A DNA stretch of 64,000 nucleotides. Source: Podospora anserina. Its lineage: Eukaryota. A program made the position numbers and the translations under genes. The notes under the pieces were generated by a model. That model saw nothing but the letters and a program-made list of their open reading frames with translations, was not told the DNA's origin and searched no databases. This document shows, one piece after another, positions 23,497 through 35,750 of this stretch. Each line of letters opens with the position of its first letter. Within the stretch, counting starts at the first letter, position 1. The stretch is from contig CM030336.1 of assembly GCA_017654855.1 (NCBI GenBank), positions 2,356,001-2,420,000 of the forward strand. Direction: 5' to 3'.

Positions 23497-25334
23497 TCAC
23501 ATGACAAAGAGCAAGTTCGTATCTGTTAACCTCCCCCAAACACATCCCCTTTTGGTTAGTAAAAACTTTGTTCTCTTCAATCCGGACGCGCTTTGAACGT
23601 AGTCACAAGGTAGGGCGCGATCTCACCAAGAGGGTGACTGCACGAGAGCTGCGGCTTTTGGGTGTAACGCGTCTGTAGCTCGTCGCGGATGCTGTTGAGG
23701 AGCTGCACATAGCTCTGCTGGGGGTTCTTTTTGAGCGAGTTGATAAAGGCCCAGGACATGGCTCCAGTCGCTTGAGAAGCAATCGTGGCGTCGGCACTGT
23801 AGGTGGTGTGTGTTAGCTAACGGTTGCTGCTGATAGGAATGGGTGACCAGTGAAGGGGTGACCGAGTTCATCGGCCCCAAACGCCAAGCAAGGCCGCAAC
23901 TCTGGACCAACAAACGGAAACTAAAATAGAAATAATAAAAAAGCCATGTCTCGTCGCATGATACTGCCGAATCGGCCCTGCAAAATCAAATAGGAAAAGC
24001 AAAAAAGGGGGATGGGTGTCACAGAATGTTAATCATGAAAAAAAGGGGGGTACGAACGAAGTCTGGTCGTCTTTGCTTCCGGACAACATGACAACATCGG
24101 CACGCGAGGTCTTCGTCGCGAGGGTACGGGCGTGGGCATCTTCGCCATTGCTGGCCTTCTTAAAGAAGCCCATGATATTGCTGGCAACACCACTGAGATC
24201 GCCCTGGCTGTAGGCGGAAATAACACCGAGAAGACCTTGGCCGGCCTCCTTGGCAAGGTTGGGCTCCTTGAGGATACCCTGGGTGGAGTAGATGTAGGGA
24301 AGATCGAGCGCGGTTCCGGAATGGCACGAGTCGAAGATGGCTGTCAAGCGAACGCCTGCTTGTAGTGGGCGCACCATGATTCTGTGCATCTCGTCATCCG
24401 TGATGTGCCCGACTTGCCGGAAGTCGACCGGGTAGATGACCTCGTCATATCCGTCCTCCTCGTCACCATCAAGATCCTTCGTCTGACCACCGTGACCAGA
24501 GTAATGGAAGAAAAGGGAGTCGTTAGGGCGAGCATCCTTGACGAGCCAATGCATAGCCCTCAATATGTTCTGTTTGGTCGGTTGGCTCATGGGGTTCTGC
24601 TGGTCGTCCGTAAGAATGACCATATCCTCTCGCTTGTAGCCAAATCTTTCCACCAGATACGAGGACATGTTCCTAACGTCATTGATACACCCACGAAGCT
24701 GGCCGCGTTGCGAGAAGTAGTTGATTCCGATCAGTAGAGCTTTCCTTTTCCCTGTACATTGTGAGTACTGGAAGGCATAGCCTTGCGGAGCACCATATCC
24801 AAAGTGCTGAGGAGCTTGGGGTGGCGGAGGAGGGGCACCGTGGTTCCCGTGAACATAGGAGTTCGAGTTTACGGTCGGCATGTCTGATGTTTTGTTTAGC
24901 AATGTGCGTATATATGTCTCCCTCACTTGGGACCCAATCGCCGGTTCCACTCACTCGGTCGTCCGTATTGTGGTTGTTGTTGCGGTGGTTGCTGTTGCGG
25001 TGGTTGCTGTTGCGGTGGGGGTTGGTGGTAGCCTTGTGGAGGCGGCTATACCATATGTATTTAGCTTCAAGATCCTCTGATCCAGGCCAACGGAGAACAC
25101 ACCTGCTGATAGCCATATTGCTGGCCTGGCGGAGGTTGTTGGTAGCCATATTGGCCCTGCGGTGGAGGGGCCTGCTGGTAACCGTAGTTCTGGGGACTGT
25201 GAGGCCCATGTCAGTCAAGACGGTCGAGTTTTGAAGACGCGGGTGTAAAGGCCGTACGGGTAGTAGCCAGCATACTGCTGTTGCGGCGGAGGAGCGTATC
25301 CTCCCGCATAACCGGCACCAGGAAACCCAGACAT
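23497..25334 (-). CDS. MCA1: Type I metacaspase
   Basis: Multi-exon gene. Q/P/Y/G-rich prodomain, [10 protein letters not shown], catalytic HYSGHG and [24 protein letters not shown] and [18 protein letters not shown]. Confidence 0.96.
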
Positions 25335-28300
25335 TCTTTCAGGAAAGCAAAAGGGAAACAGAGGGAGGGGTTGTTGTTATCGGCGGGCGGCCAACAGGCC
25401 TTGGTCGAGCGGCAAAGGACGCGGCGTCGGTGTGTATCTGTGGACTGGGAGAGCAGAGAGCAAAAGAGCTCTGGGCAGGTCGTCAACAAAGTTAAATATG
25501 CTCCTTCCAAAAAAAAAAATCCGGGACAGACGCGTTGGAAAGGTACCCCTTCTTGGCGTGGAAGTACGGGGACAGGGGGTGGAGGGGAAAGGGTTCGGTA
25601 ATCGCGAGGGTTGTCAATGTTGATGTCTAGCAAGCCGCAGCAATTCATTCGCATGAGCATGCGCTGAGCCCCTCCGAGGCAAGATGTGGCGTGCGGGATC
25701 AAGCGTCTAGCGATACGACGAAGGACGGTAAAGGACCCGGAGCGCTCCCGACGGAGCGGTCAAGGACAGGACAAGGGCAGTTCACATCGACTTACTTGCA
25801 GCTTGGGATTCGGATTCGGGGTACGGACGAGGAACGGAGGAACTACGGAAAGCGTCGTTTAGCAAGCGCAGTTGGGACGAGGGCAAACGTTGATTGAGCG
25901 GCGATTGCGGCGGGGAGAGGGGAGAGAGCTTTGAGCTACTCGAGTGAGAAAAAGAGTCTGGCCAACGTGCTGACAACCACAGCACAACACAGCAAAGCCA
26001 GGTGAGGCGAGCAGGTGGACAAGTCAAGACCGGGGTGGGGTTGATGATGGCTGGTTGCGGGCAATCTAGATCTTCGATTGGGCACAGGGCTAGCCGTGCA
26101 GGGTTCATGCTGATCACTGCCAAGCACGTGGAGTTCCGAGGGTCGACTGCGTTAGGACAAGAAACCACCGACTGCTGCCAGGCTGCCGACTGCCCCTCAT
26201 TCCATCATCGCCATGACTGATGTCTCATTCAATCTCCAGACTTCCAGGAATTCCCAATCCCCATCCAGAAGACGCTCTCTGGAACGGTTTGCCCCTTTCC
26301 TGTACATGCGCCGCGGGCACGTTACGCGCCACTTGGTTCGTCGAGGCTATCCGTTTTCAGCTGTGCATGCTTAGGTCGCTACCTTATCACAAAGTCTATC
26401 AGCTACCGGACAATTAAAGCGTTGCCCATAGGCCCTAGCTGAATTTAACTTTAGATCTCTCGGGGGTGCTATCCAAGAGGAGCCTCTCCTCCGAATCATC
26501 ATCGACCTCAGAAGACTTCAATTAACAGTTTCGGGATATGGCACCCCCCACGCATGCCGGAGTCAAAGTTCCCTCACCACAGCCTTCAATTTCTCTCACC
26601 ATCTCGATCAGTTGACCGAGGAAGCACCTCATGTTCAGACCTTTCCCAGCACGTCCTGCATCATCACACAAATTACACTGAAATAGGGATCCCCGCCGAG
26701 ATATTGTGCTCCAAGTGCCGGCGGTGCACATGCAGCCCCGGACACCACTAACCCTTTAGCAAGCCGCCACATCCGCTTCCAGACACCATTGGGCCATGAA
26801 GGGATTTTGCTCGCCATCGACTTCCCGCTTTCTCCCAGTCCCCACGAAGACATGTCGTTCGAGATGTACATTGGCGTTGATGTATGACGCCTAAGTTGGA
26901 TTAGCTCCGGTCTTCACCGGCAGGTTCCATTGGCTGGATCCTCGAAATCGTCAGTGTGGAGCTGCTGAACAGCCCCCGTGGACCACTCACGACTCAGCTA
27001 CCAGCAGGGGGCTTGCAGACGAGCTTGGGCCATATCAAACCTCCAACCTCCAATCTCCATCCTCCAACGAGCTCTCAGAAACGCCATCTCGATAACCACG
27101 CGTGGGAGCATTTTCTGTCTTCTTTGGCGGGAGCGAGATTTCGTTTCGAGATGAGACGTCTCAACACGCGGATGCCACTTTTCGCTTTCATAATAACGCA
27201 AAGAGTTGAGAGGTCCAGAATCTCGATATATCTAACAGCCCAACTCCAAGAATCCCCAACCAATCGAGGGCAGGCCGAAGTCACATCAGAACATGGCATT
27301 GCATAGCACTCATTGCATCGTGGTCATGCACCCTCGCTGATATAAAATACCCGCCAGCCCGGATGAAACATAGATGCTCATCCACACGCTCTTGCACAGC
27401 CCTATGTAAAACAACGGAGCTGTGGCATGGCAGCCACACACTCACAGACTACAACCTTGTGTTTCTCCGAGCCATTCAGCATCCAAGACTACAAACTAGC
27501 GCAGAGAAGCTTCAAGCCTCACAAGGTACTGGTCCCTGAATGTCTTAGATGGCCCTCCCTCCCCGTCTCAGACGGCGAACGAGGGCTGTGCAACGTTTCC
27601 CCACAGCGTTAATGACAAAAACGGTGGATGGAGAAACCCAGGAGGAGGCCTTAAACGGCCCTTTTGTCCCCAAGAAGCCTCAAGCAACACTCTCTCCACT
27701 CCACCATCAAAGCAAAACAAGTTAGCTCCCGAGGATGACAGCTGGATGTGCATCATGTAATGCTACAAGATCCCTGGGAGCACCCGGCCCGGGGTGAACG
27801 GGGAGCATGCGCCACACTTCTCCCGCTGGCTACCACCCTGCCGGATCCTCCTTCTCGGTCCCTGATCCGGTTTTAAATCAAGTTTTCTTCGTTCTAATTC
27901 TAGGCTGGTTACCTCCGGTGGTAATGCTCAGACGGGCACTACAGGCAAAATCCGGGGTAGCACGCAGCTGACCATCTTGGTTTACAATGCCCCATCGGAG
28001 ATGCAAAAGGCCATAGCCTACTTTCCTACTCGTCAGCTAGCTACTCATACTCCCACATCAACGTCAGATCTGACTCTGGCTCTATCTCGGCAACCAACAG
28101 ACTTCAGCACTGCCCCCCTTCCTGACCACCCAAATGTTGGTCATGGGGGTGGGTAAGGTGAGTTTGTAGGGGGAGGGTATAGGTGCTGCAATGCGCATGT
28201 CTCACATATAGACCTTGACTACTTGACAAGCAATATCAGAAGCAGACGAAGGGGGTGGTAGTATGACACAAACATGATATCGCACCAACGCGGTGACCAG

Positions 28301-28547
28301 TACAAGCAGCCGTCCATTCATGCTCACGATCTATAATCGTCAACTCTAATAGTAGGATGCGTTGGCACCTTGCTTAGGTCTCTCTAAAGACTACCAATCC
28401 GTTTACGATACACTTGGACCAAAAAGCTAAACCTTTAGGAAAAAATTAAAAACAGCCATGGAAGTAACAGCACCAATACATGAAAATACATGAGGTATAC
28501 ACAGAAACCAAGGATTACGTTCCACCCCATCCTTCCCCTTCTTCCCT

Positions 28548-30530
28548 CTATCTTTCTTTGTAATTACCCAGTCTTCTTCCTGAGCAACAACTCTTTCTTC
28601 CCATCCAACAAATCTCTTTTTTGATCTGGCCGACGACCTTGTCAAAAAAGCCGTCTAATTGCATCCAGAACCTTGCGTGAAGCCTCCTAGTGATATCAAG
28701 CACTACTTTGGATGATCCAGAATCAGGTAGATAGTAACCGCCAAATATCATCCGGCACCTCTGGTCCATTCCGGAGGAGTCGATGGCGTTGCCATAAAGC
28801 TACCAGCAACTGGTAAGATTTTGTTATCGTACCTCAGGGTATCTTCCAAAGGCTGCTACAAATGTTGCTTTGGTAATCTTGCCCTGGTGGGCATCGCCTT
28901 TCCACCTCTCGTCTGGGGGCTCCATCCTGGGGTGTAGAGTTAGTCTGTGTCATTTTAGAGCAACTGGGCTGATGTTTCGAGGTTACGCCCTCGAGGCCCT
29001 TCCACATCAATTTGACGTCCCTAAGACTGTTGACGTAGTGATCGGGTCTGCGTCCGCAGTCTGGTTCTTGGTGGACGTCAGTGTCGATATAATCCCAGAC
29101 CTCATAACAGCGTCAACCACGCTCCTCTGTACCGACAAGAGACATAGGTGCAATCAACCCTGACGCGCGGTTACCGTATTGACCATTTGTTGAGAAGCAG
29201 TGCCTCGGCCTTGCACAACAGTCGGTGTGCCTGCGAAGCGAGCTAATGTATCTTAAAAGATAGTTACTGCGCCTCAAACGATAGCTGACATACCTTGAAA
29301 TATAGTCGGTGAGCCTCATGAGATGGCCGGGCTTGGAGTTATGACAAAATGTCTTCTGAGGGGCCGCGTGAACTCTTCTCAATGAGCATCTGGCGCTGGT
29401 TCGTAGATGAGGTCTTCGAATTGAACTGGCTTCATCATATCGTACGCAATCATCATCTCACGGCCGTTTTGGTTGTCCAAAACATACATGGTCTCATGCA
29501 GGTCGTGCCCGTCAGTGATCTGTCACGTAGAGTTTTGGACGTCTTCCCCAGTTGCCGTTGCCCTTGCAGCATTACGGACCTGAGTCCTTTCGGGCTCAGG
29601 AATACTACTCGGGTGCGGGATATGTGCCTCGGCCTTCCAGGTTTCGGAATAATGCTGAAATGGATGTAACCACCAGGCTGACTGTGCCAGTTGATGTACG
29701 GCTACATGCTAATGGCCGAGAACCAAGAAGTCTTCAAGCCGAGACCGGAGAGGTTTAAACTTCCCATCGTTCCCTTCTGCACTGCTCGAAAATCGTAGTT
29801 CAATCCCAAACTCCTCTTCTGCGAAGAAGTACTGGTACCGGTAGAGCCGTTGAACCACCATTGCGGGGTACATCAGATGCATCGGGTTGGCATCTCTGAG
29901 CTTATTAAGGGTCTCAATGACAACTTGCCAGATTTGTTTGTTGATATGGTCGAAAACTGGAAGCAGGAGAATGAGTCCGGCGAGGGCTTGACGATATTCC
30001 CGATTTCGACATCGGGGTTCATTTCATAGACCGCACGATACTCGTTGTCTTCATGCTTGAGATATGCTACGACTGACGCCTCACTCTTTCCACCACGTTC
30101 CAGTAAAACACGCTGGGTATCACCGATCTCTTGTCGTGTAAAAGTCTGTGTCTTCTGTAGACCACTGCTTGCGCAACACATACAGGAGGAATCGCTTGGT
30201 CTTCTCGAGGGCGTCCTTTCGCCAGTACTCTACCATCGGGATCAAGTAGTCTGTCCGTTGTCCAGACACACAATTCAGTTTGGCGAGACCAGAGTTCTTT
30301 CCGGTAATCCGGTCCGATTTGACATGCTTCTCGATACTTTCCTTGTTGATCTTGGCGCCTATGAGAACTATAGGGGACATGTTAGACACATCGATGCCGC
30401 AGAGAACAGCCTTGCCCCTAATTAGCTGTTTGTAGAAGCTTTCTGTCTGTGTTCTGTGGATGGTCCTCGGAACTAGTATAGATCGTCCGAAGTAGTAAAT
30501 ATCGTGCTGGTCAAGGCCCATCACATAATC
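28548..30530 (-). pseudogene. Decayed protein gene of unknown family
   Basis: Successive protein-like segments on the minus strand are broken by frameshifts (~30130, ~30000) and in-frame stops (~29710, ~29525, ~29370, ~28825, ~28800). Intron-like remnants at ~29293-29252 and ~28986-28927. Confidence 0.55.
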
Positions 30531-32216
30531 TCCTCCTCAGTAAACTCAGTTGACTTGACTATCAGCTCACCCTCTATGCTGGGTGAAACCTCAGGCCGGG
30601 GAGTTTTGACGGGAGTCAGATCCTCGATCCGAGTGCTCAGGCAGCGGATGCTCTGGTTGGAGGTGAGACGATGAGCTCCCAGTATTATCGCCAGCCACAT
30701 ATGTCAACTGGGTGCTGACCGTTGGCAGAGGCAAGGGGGGTATATGGAGGTTGCTTCCATCGCCACGGATAGCCATCTGAGCATGATCGCAAATTCGGAT
30801 AACTTAGCTGATGGCGTTTTCTACTTGGTGATACTGTTGCTGCTTTGGCGAGCCAGCACAAGAGTGTCGGGGATTGTGTTGGTCGCTTCGAAGAACACGA
30901 GTAGACGGCCTCCAAGTCAAAACAATTTGGTCTCATATATTCTGGAAGGAAGCTAACGTTGGGAGTCGTAAGCAGCTCAGGATGATGCTTACACAGTATA
31001 AGCGAAGCCCAGAAGTCGATAACATCTCAACTTTGCTAGGTAGATGATTGAGCCATCTCTGAGATGGTTGGATATGAGGTACGTGAGAGGAATCGGAGAG
31101 TGAATTTGGATGGTGCCAGCTCCCAACATTCGCTACCCGGTTCATTGGTATGGATGCTGGTGTTTCTATGCCGATTTCCCATTGAAAATAAAATTATACG
31201 GTTGTTGATGATGAAAGTGCTGGTCGCAAATTTCCGCGGGTTGAGCGTGACTTCCTCTTGCGAATTTTTTCTTTACACTAACTGGATCTTACCAGGCAAG
31301 AGCCAGGTCGGTGTACCAATCGTACCTTCCATAAACATATTTAAGCAATAAAATGCAGCCAATAATTGACACAGTGATCTTCAAACCCCAAATCTAGCCC
31401 TGTGCCAAAAGTCGTTCTATTGTGGTCGACATCATATACATTCAAGCCATCAGTTCTACCCAACTCGGTGAGAGTCTCCTGTAAGCCCAACCGAGGCAGC
31501 CTAACTATTTCAAGATCAAAAGCAGTATAATGTAATGAATAAATATACCATATATGCCAACCATCCTAGTTTTAATACCCCTTCCACGCAAGACCTAAAG
31601 ATCACGAAACCGTTGACAGCACCCAGTGCACCGTCAGATTGCTTGGCCAAAGTCCCTCCATTTTATGACAGTTATACGGAACTAAGGTACCTATCTTGTG
31701 GCATTTCCGGTAACACAATCACGACTCATCTGGCTACTCCAACTTTCGTAGTTTCAAGATTTATTTACAAAGTAGACTGTACCCTTGTTTACTATGCACG
31801 TTGTCGTGTTATTTACAGCTATCGATCCCAAGGTAAACAGTGCAACTGAATCATATTAGTAGGCACCAGGCTCATGTTTATGTAATAATTCATTGTTTTC
31901 CGATAATCAGAACTATATTCTTGTCTTTAACTCTCACCAAGTCCCCCCCATAATTCACGGAATAAACCCACGCATTTAGCTCTTCTGAGGTATCTCAGGT
32001 TGCCGCCTCGTTAGAATACCTTAGCATCCACCATGGCTTATTTAGTCTGCAATTCATTGGAATGGACATAATTAACCGGCGCCTCTCTGCCCAAGTTATG
32101 TGGTGGTGCAATTCAAAAAAAAAAATTGAGGAGAAAAAAAAAAGGAGGTCCAGGTGGGGTTGGTACCACACATGAGCCACATTTCTTCTTTCCAAATCAA
32201 CCAACAGTTAGCATCG

Positions 32217-32316
32217 GTCAGCATGGCAGAGTGGTCTAATGCGTTAGACTTGAATATCCATTACATTCAGGTATCTAATTCCTTCGGGAGCGTAGGTTCG
32301 AACCCTACTGCTGACG
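32217..32316 (+). tRNA. tRNA-Ser(UGA) with an 18-nt intron
   Basis: Acceptor stem GTCAGCA/TGCTGAC, A box TGGCAGAGTGG, anticodon stem TTAGA/TCTAA with CT-TGA-A, intron 32255-32272, long variable arm, GTTCGAAC T loop and discriminator G. Confidence 0.93.
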
Positions 32317-32741
32317 ATAATCTTTTGCATTTTTCCACACCTCACCCATCTCATGAAGGAGATCTTTTTGTTGAGCATAGAGACAAATCATTGACTCTTT
32401 TTCATATTTCACCTGCTTTGATTATGTTATCGGCAATGATATGACCGCGCAAACGCCCGAAGACTTCAGCAAATGTATATTTACAATAGGAATACGAAAA
32501 CGCTAGCTAGCTAAAACTTACATCAGTAGGTATTCCCGGCATGCATGCCTCTTTTCTTGCGTTCCTTAGCCTCCGAGGAAACAAAACTCCAATTCATACC
32601 CCACGTAATCATGAATGCCAGGCCCATACTTACTCCATGCCCAAGTAATGACAACAAACTGGAAACGATGCGCTAGAGATGTACAGCATTTTCCAGGTAC
32701 AGATACATACCAACATGAATATTTCTTCAACCCAAACCTCT

Positions 32742-34740
32742 TCAGTAATAATTTCCTACCCCGTCACCTCCCCCAGCTTGATAACCTCCCCCGCCGCCGC
32801 CGCCTTGATACCCACCGTTATTATTCGACTTGTTATTTTGCTGATTATTCGCATGGTAGAATCCAGGGTTAGAGGGATTCGAGGGCCCCTTGGGGATAGG
32901 CTGCTGTGTATCCTCGTACATGGCTGCAAACCCTCCCTGGCTATCTCTCCCGCCAACATCGTCAAGCGACTTGTAGTGATGAGTGTGATGACCTCCCCTG
33001 TCTCCCCCACCACGACCGCCGCGGGCCCCCTTAGGAGCCCCTCCGCGTTGGCCCCTGAAGTTCCCACCACCTCCTCTTCCACCACCCCGACCAAAACCAC
33101 CGCCACCTCCCCGATTCCCTCCCCGACTGACCTGTGGAAAGTTATTTTGGTTGTTATTATTGCTATTGAAATTCCTCCCACCGCCACCAGGACCAGTCGG
33201 AGGATGGTGGTGATGGTTCCCCTGTCTCGACCGGAAATCATCCTCATGAGCGGTATGCTTCCTCTTCGCTCCTCTAAAGTAGCCGCCGTCGTAAGAACCC
33301 TCCCTATGACTCGTCCCATCAATGCGCAGCAGCACTTTCTCGGCAACCTTTGTCTCAAACACAAACGCCTGCTCCGGAGAAACCGGCTTCCAGTGCTGAA
33401 TCTTTGCGGCATCCGCGTGTCTCGCGCCCCTCCTGAGGGCGAGGACGACCAGCGGGACCGGGTTTCCAGTGTGGTATGACGCGTCTGCAGGGACAGGCTT
33501 CAGAGAAACAGCCCAGACGTTGTCTTCAAAGCAAGCCGTGCCACTGACTTGCCAGCTCATCCTCTTGCCCCAACCACCGACTTTCCGGAGCAGATCCTCC
33601 GGACAAGGACGAGGGCAAATCATGATGTTATTAGCATGCAGCTTAATCTCGCTGTCGGGAAAGTTGGGGATTGGCATCAGGTCCAGCAACCGTCGCGTGT
33701 CGGCGCTAGAGATTAGATACCCCGTCCAGAAAACTTGTCTTTTGATCACCCAGCGCTCGCCTCGGGAGCCGCGTCGTCTTTTGGTCAGTGACGCGTTGTG
33801 ATCTTTGATAATGGACCGAACCTCGGCCACTTCCACCACCGGGTCGAGATAGGCTGCCATGTCTGCCACGTGAATCACTTCCCCATTGATCGGGCCTCTC
33901 GTCGGCGAGGTATTCTGTTGCTCGTTGAAGTTCGCCAAGAAAGTCTGAAAGCTCTTGACGTGCTTTATTCTGTCTTCGTAGATACGAATCTCCTCCGCAT
34001 GTCTGTATGTTTCCATCAAAGCTCTGAGAAATTTCTCCTTGAAGTCGAGTGTGCTGGTGAAATGCTGGTTATCAGGGCCGACGGCGGGCTTGAGACAAAC
34101 CATGTCGAACTCGAGACCCTTGCTCTTTACTATCCGCTTAATCAGTTCACTGAAACCGGACTCGGATCGACCGGTCAACAGGACGCAGAAAGCATCCTTT
34201 TGTTGTGTGCTCAGTTGGACGAGCTCGACAATCTTCTCGTTCCACCATCCCTCCCATGCGCGCGGCTCCTCTTTCGCGATGCCTTCGCCCGTCGCGGCGA
34301 GAATCCGGGAATCGTGCCACCATCCACCGTTTACAAACGCATCGGGGTTCGAGAGTGTGCCTATCGTTGGGTTGTTCCAGATCTTGGGATTGGGTAAAGG
34401 GGTTTTGAAGACTGGCGCGCAGCGCGTTCTGTTAGCGACTGGTTATGTCATATCGAGGATGCACCAAGGGATATCTTACGGGTATTATCAAAATCGTAGA
34501 TGTGAATCGCCTGGATCTTGTCGACAGCTATGATGCGACGCGGTATTAGTACTCATCTCCGACTCAGTCAGGGACCACTCAAGATAATGCGAACAAACCT
34601 GGGAGCTGCTTGTTGAGGATGGACCACCTGCCCATCGCAGTGACAGTATGTTGGGGGCTTACAGCAGGACTGCTGCCATTGGCTTGACTGACGGTGCCAA
34701 AACTGCCATTGTTGAAGGCGGAAAAGGCTGATGTTCCCAT
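32742..34740 (-). CDS. Swiss-army-knife RNA-repair-like HAD domain protein with an RGG-rich C-terminus
   Basis: Three exons give IHIYDFDNTLFKTPLPNP (HAD motif I), GGWWHD, VLLTGR and IRIYEDR, followed by a long RGG/N-rich tail. Confidence 0.8.
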
Positions 34741-35282
34741 GACTTGTCGTACCAATGTTTTCTTACGAGAGACGTGTTGCAGGAGTAAGGACCATGGCGA
34801 GCTCATCACTTGCGACGACGAAAGGCTGAAGGCGATGAACTAGGCGCTAACAATTTCACGTTCGCCTTGCTGCAGGCTGCATGGATGTCTGGAAAGAGTG
34901 GGGCGAGCCACGGAAGCCAAGTTTGAGTTTTGGGACTTGCAAGTCTCTAATATGCACTTATCCGAGTCAGGACGTAGCACCTATAATTGCATGTCTATAA
35001 CCTCAAGTCTCCGAGCGGATATGTGGTCAACTCGAGCGACCTAATATCGAATTTGCTAGTGTCTTCATCCCTTCTGAGCGGCCCAAGTAGATAATGCGAC
35101 CTGTGGTATATATCTCTCCATACAATGCAAAGGAAAAGCCAAGTATTTTTCTCGAAACCAACGCCAAAAATGAACCTCCGTATACAACGCCTTGCCCTAG
35201 TCTTTGTTCGATCCGAACCGCATAAGCGTACCGTAGCTGGAACTGATGAAGATTATGAATGGAACTGAAAATGAACATGCCT

Positions 35283-35750
35283 TTAAGCAATATCGATCTC
35301 CATGTCCATCTTGGGCTTCACAGGACCGTTGTCCACCCCGAGACCCGAAGCAGCGTTCGCCTCTTTGTGAGTGAAAGCGCCATCCTTGAGCTGCTTCAAT
35401 CTATCAAAATTGTTAGCATGACTGTTCTCTACAGGTCATTGCTGAGATGTCGCTTACTGTCTCCTATGAGGCTTGCCCTTCTTGTGAGAGGTCAGGTTGG
35501 TCTCGGTGTCGAACCACTTGGCGCATGGGATGCAGTAGTGCTGCCCCAGACCGGGGAGATCCTCTACATCCTTGGTCTCCTTGTAGAGCTCAAGATGTCT
35601 TGGAGAGGCAATGTCAGAGGCAATCTGGTCCAGGTCGCTGTGAGAAGTGTTAGTTGATGTCCTGTTCTCATGTAATTTTGGTCTGTGCATCACAACTCAC
35701 CGACGTCTCCGCCTCGTCTTGGCCATCGAACGCTTTGCAAAGACACCCAT
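35283..35750 (-). CDS. BUD20: C2H2 zinc-finger pre-60S factor (ZNF593/Bud20)
   Basis: Three exons give KTRRRRRDLDQI...EDLPGLGQHYCIPCAKWF...HKKGKPHRR|LKQLK...QPYT-like ...EAN. Confidence 0.92.

Noticed and set aside
29700..29720. In-frame TAG as an A-to-I editing-correctable stop
   Set aside because: The same relic also has frameshifts and other stops that editing could not repair.
31480..31820. AT-rich stretch starting TGTAAG near the tRNA, considered as a solo LTR
   Set aside because: No matching inverted terminus, target-site duplication or second copy visible.
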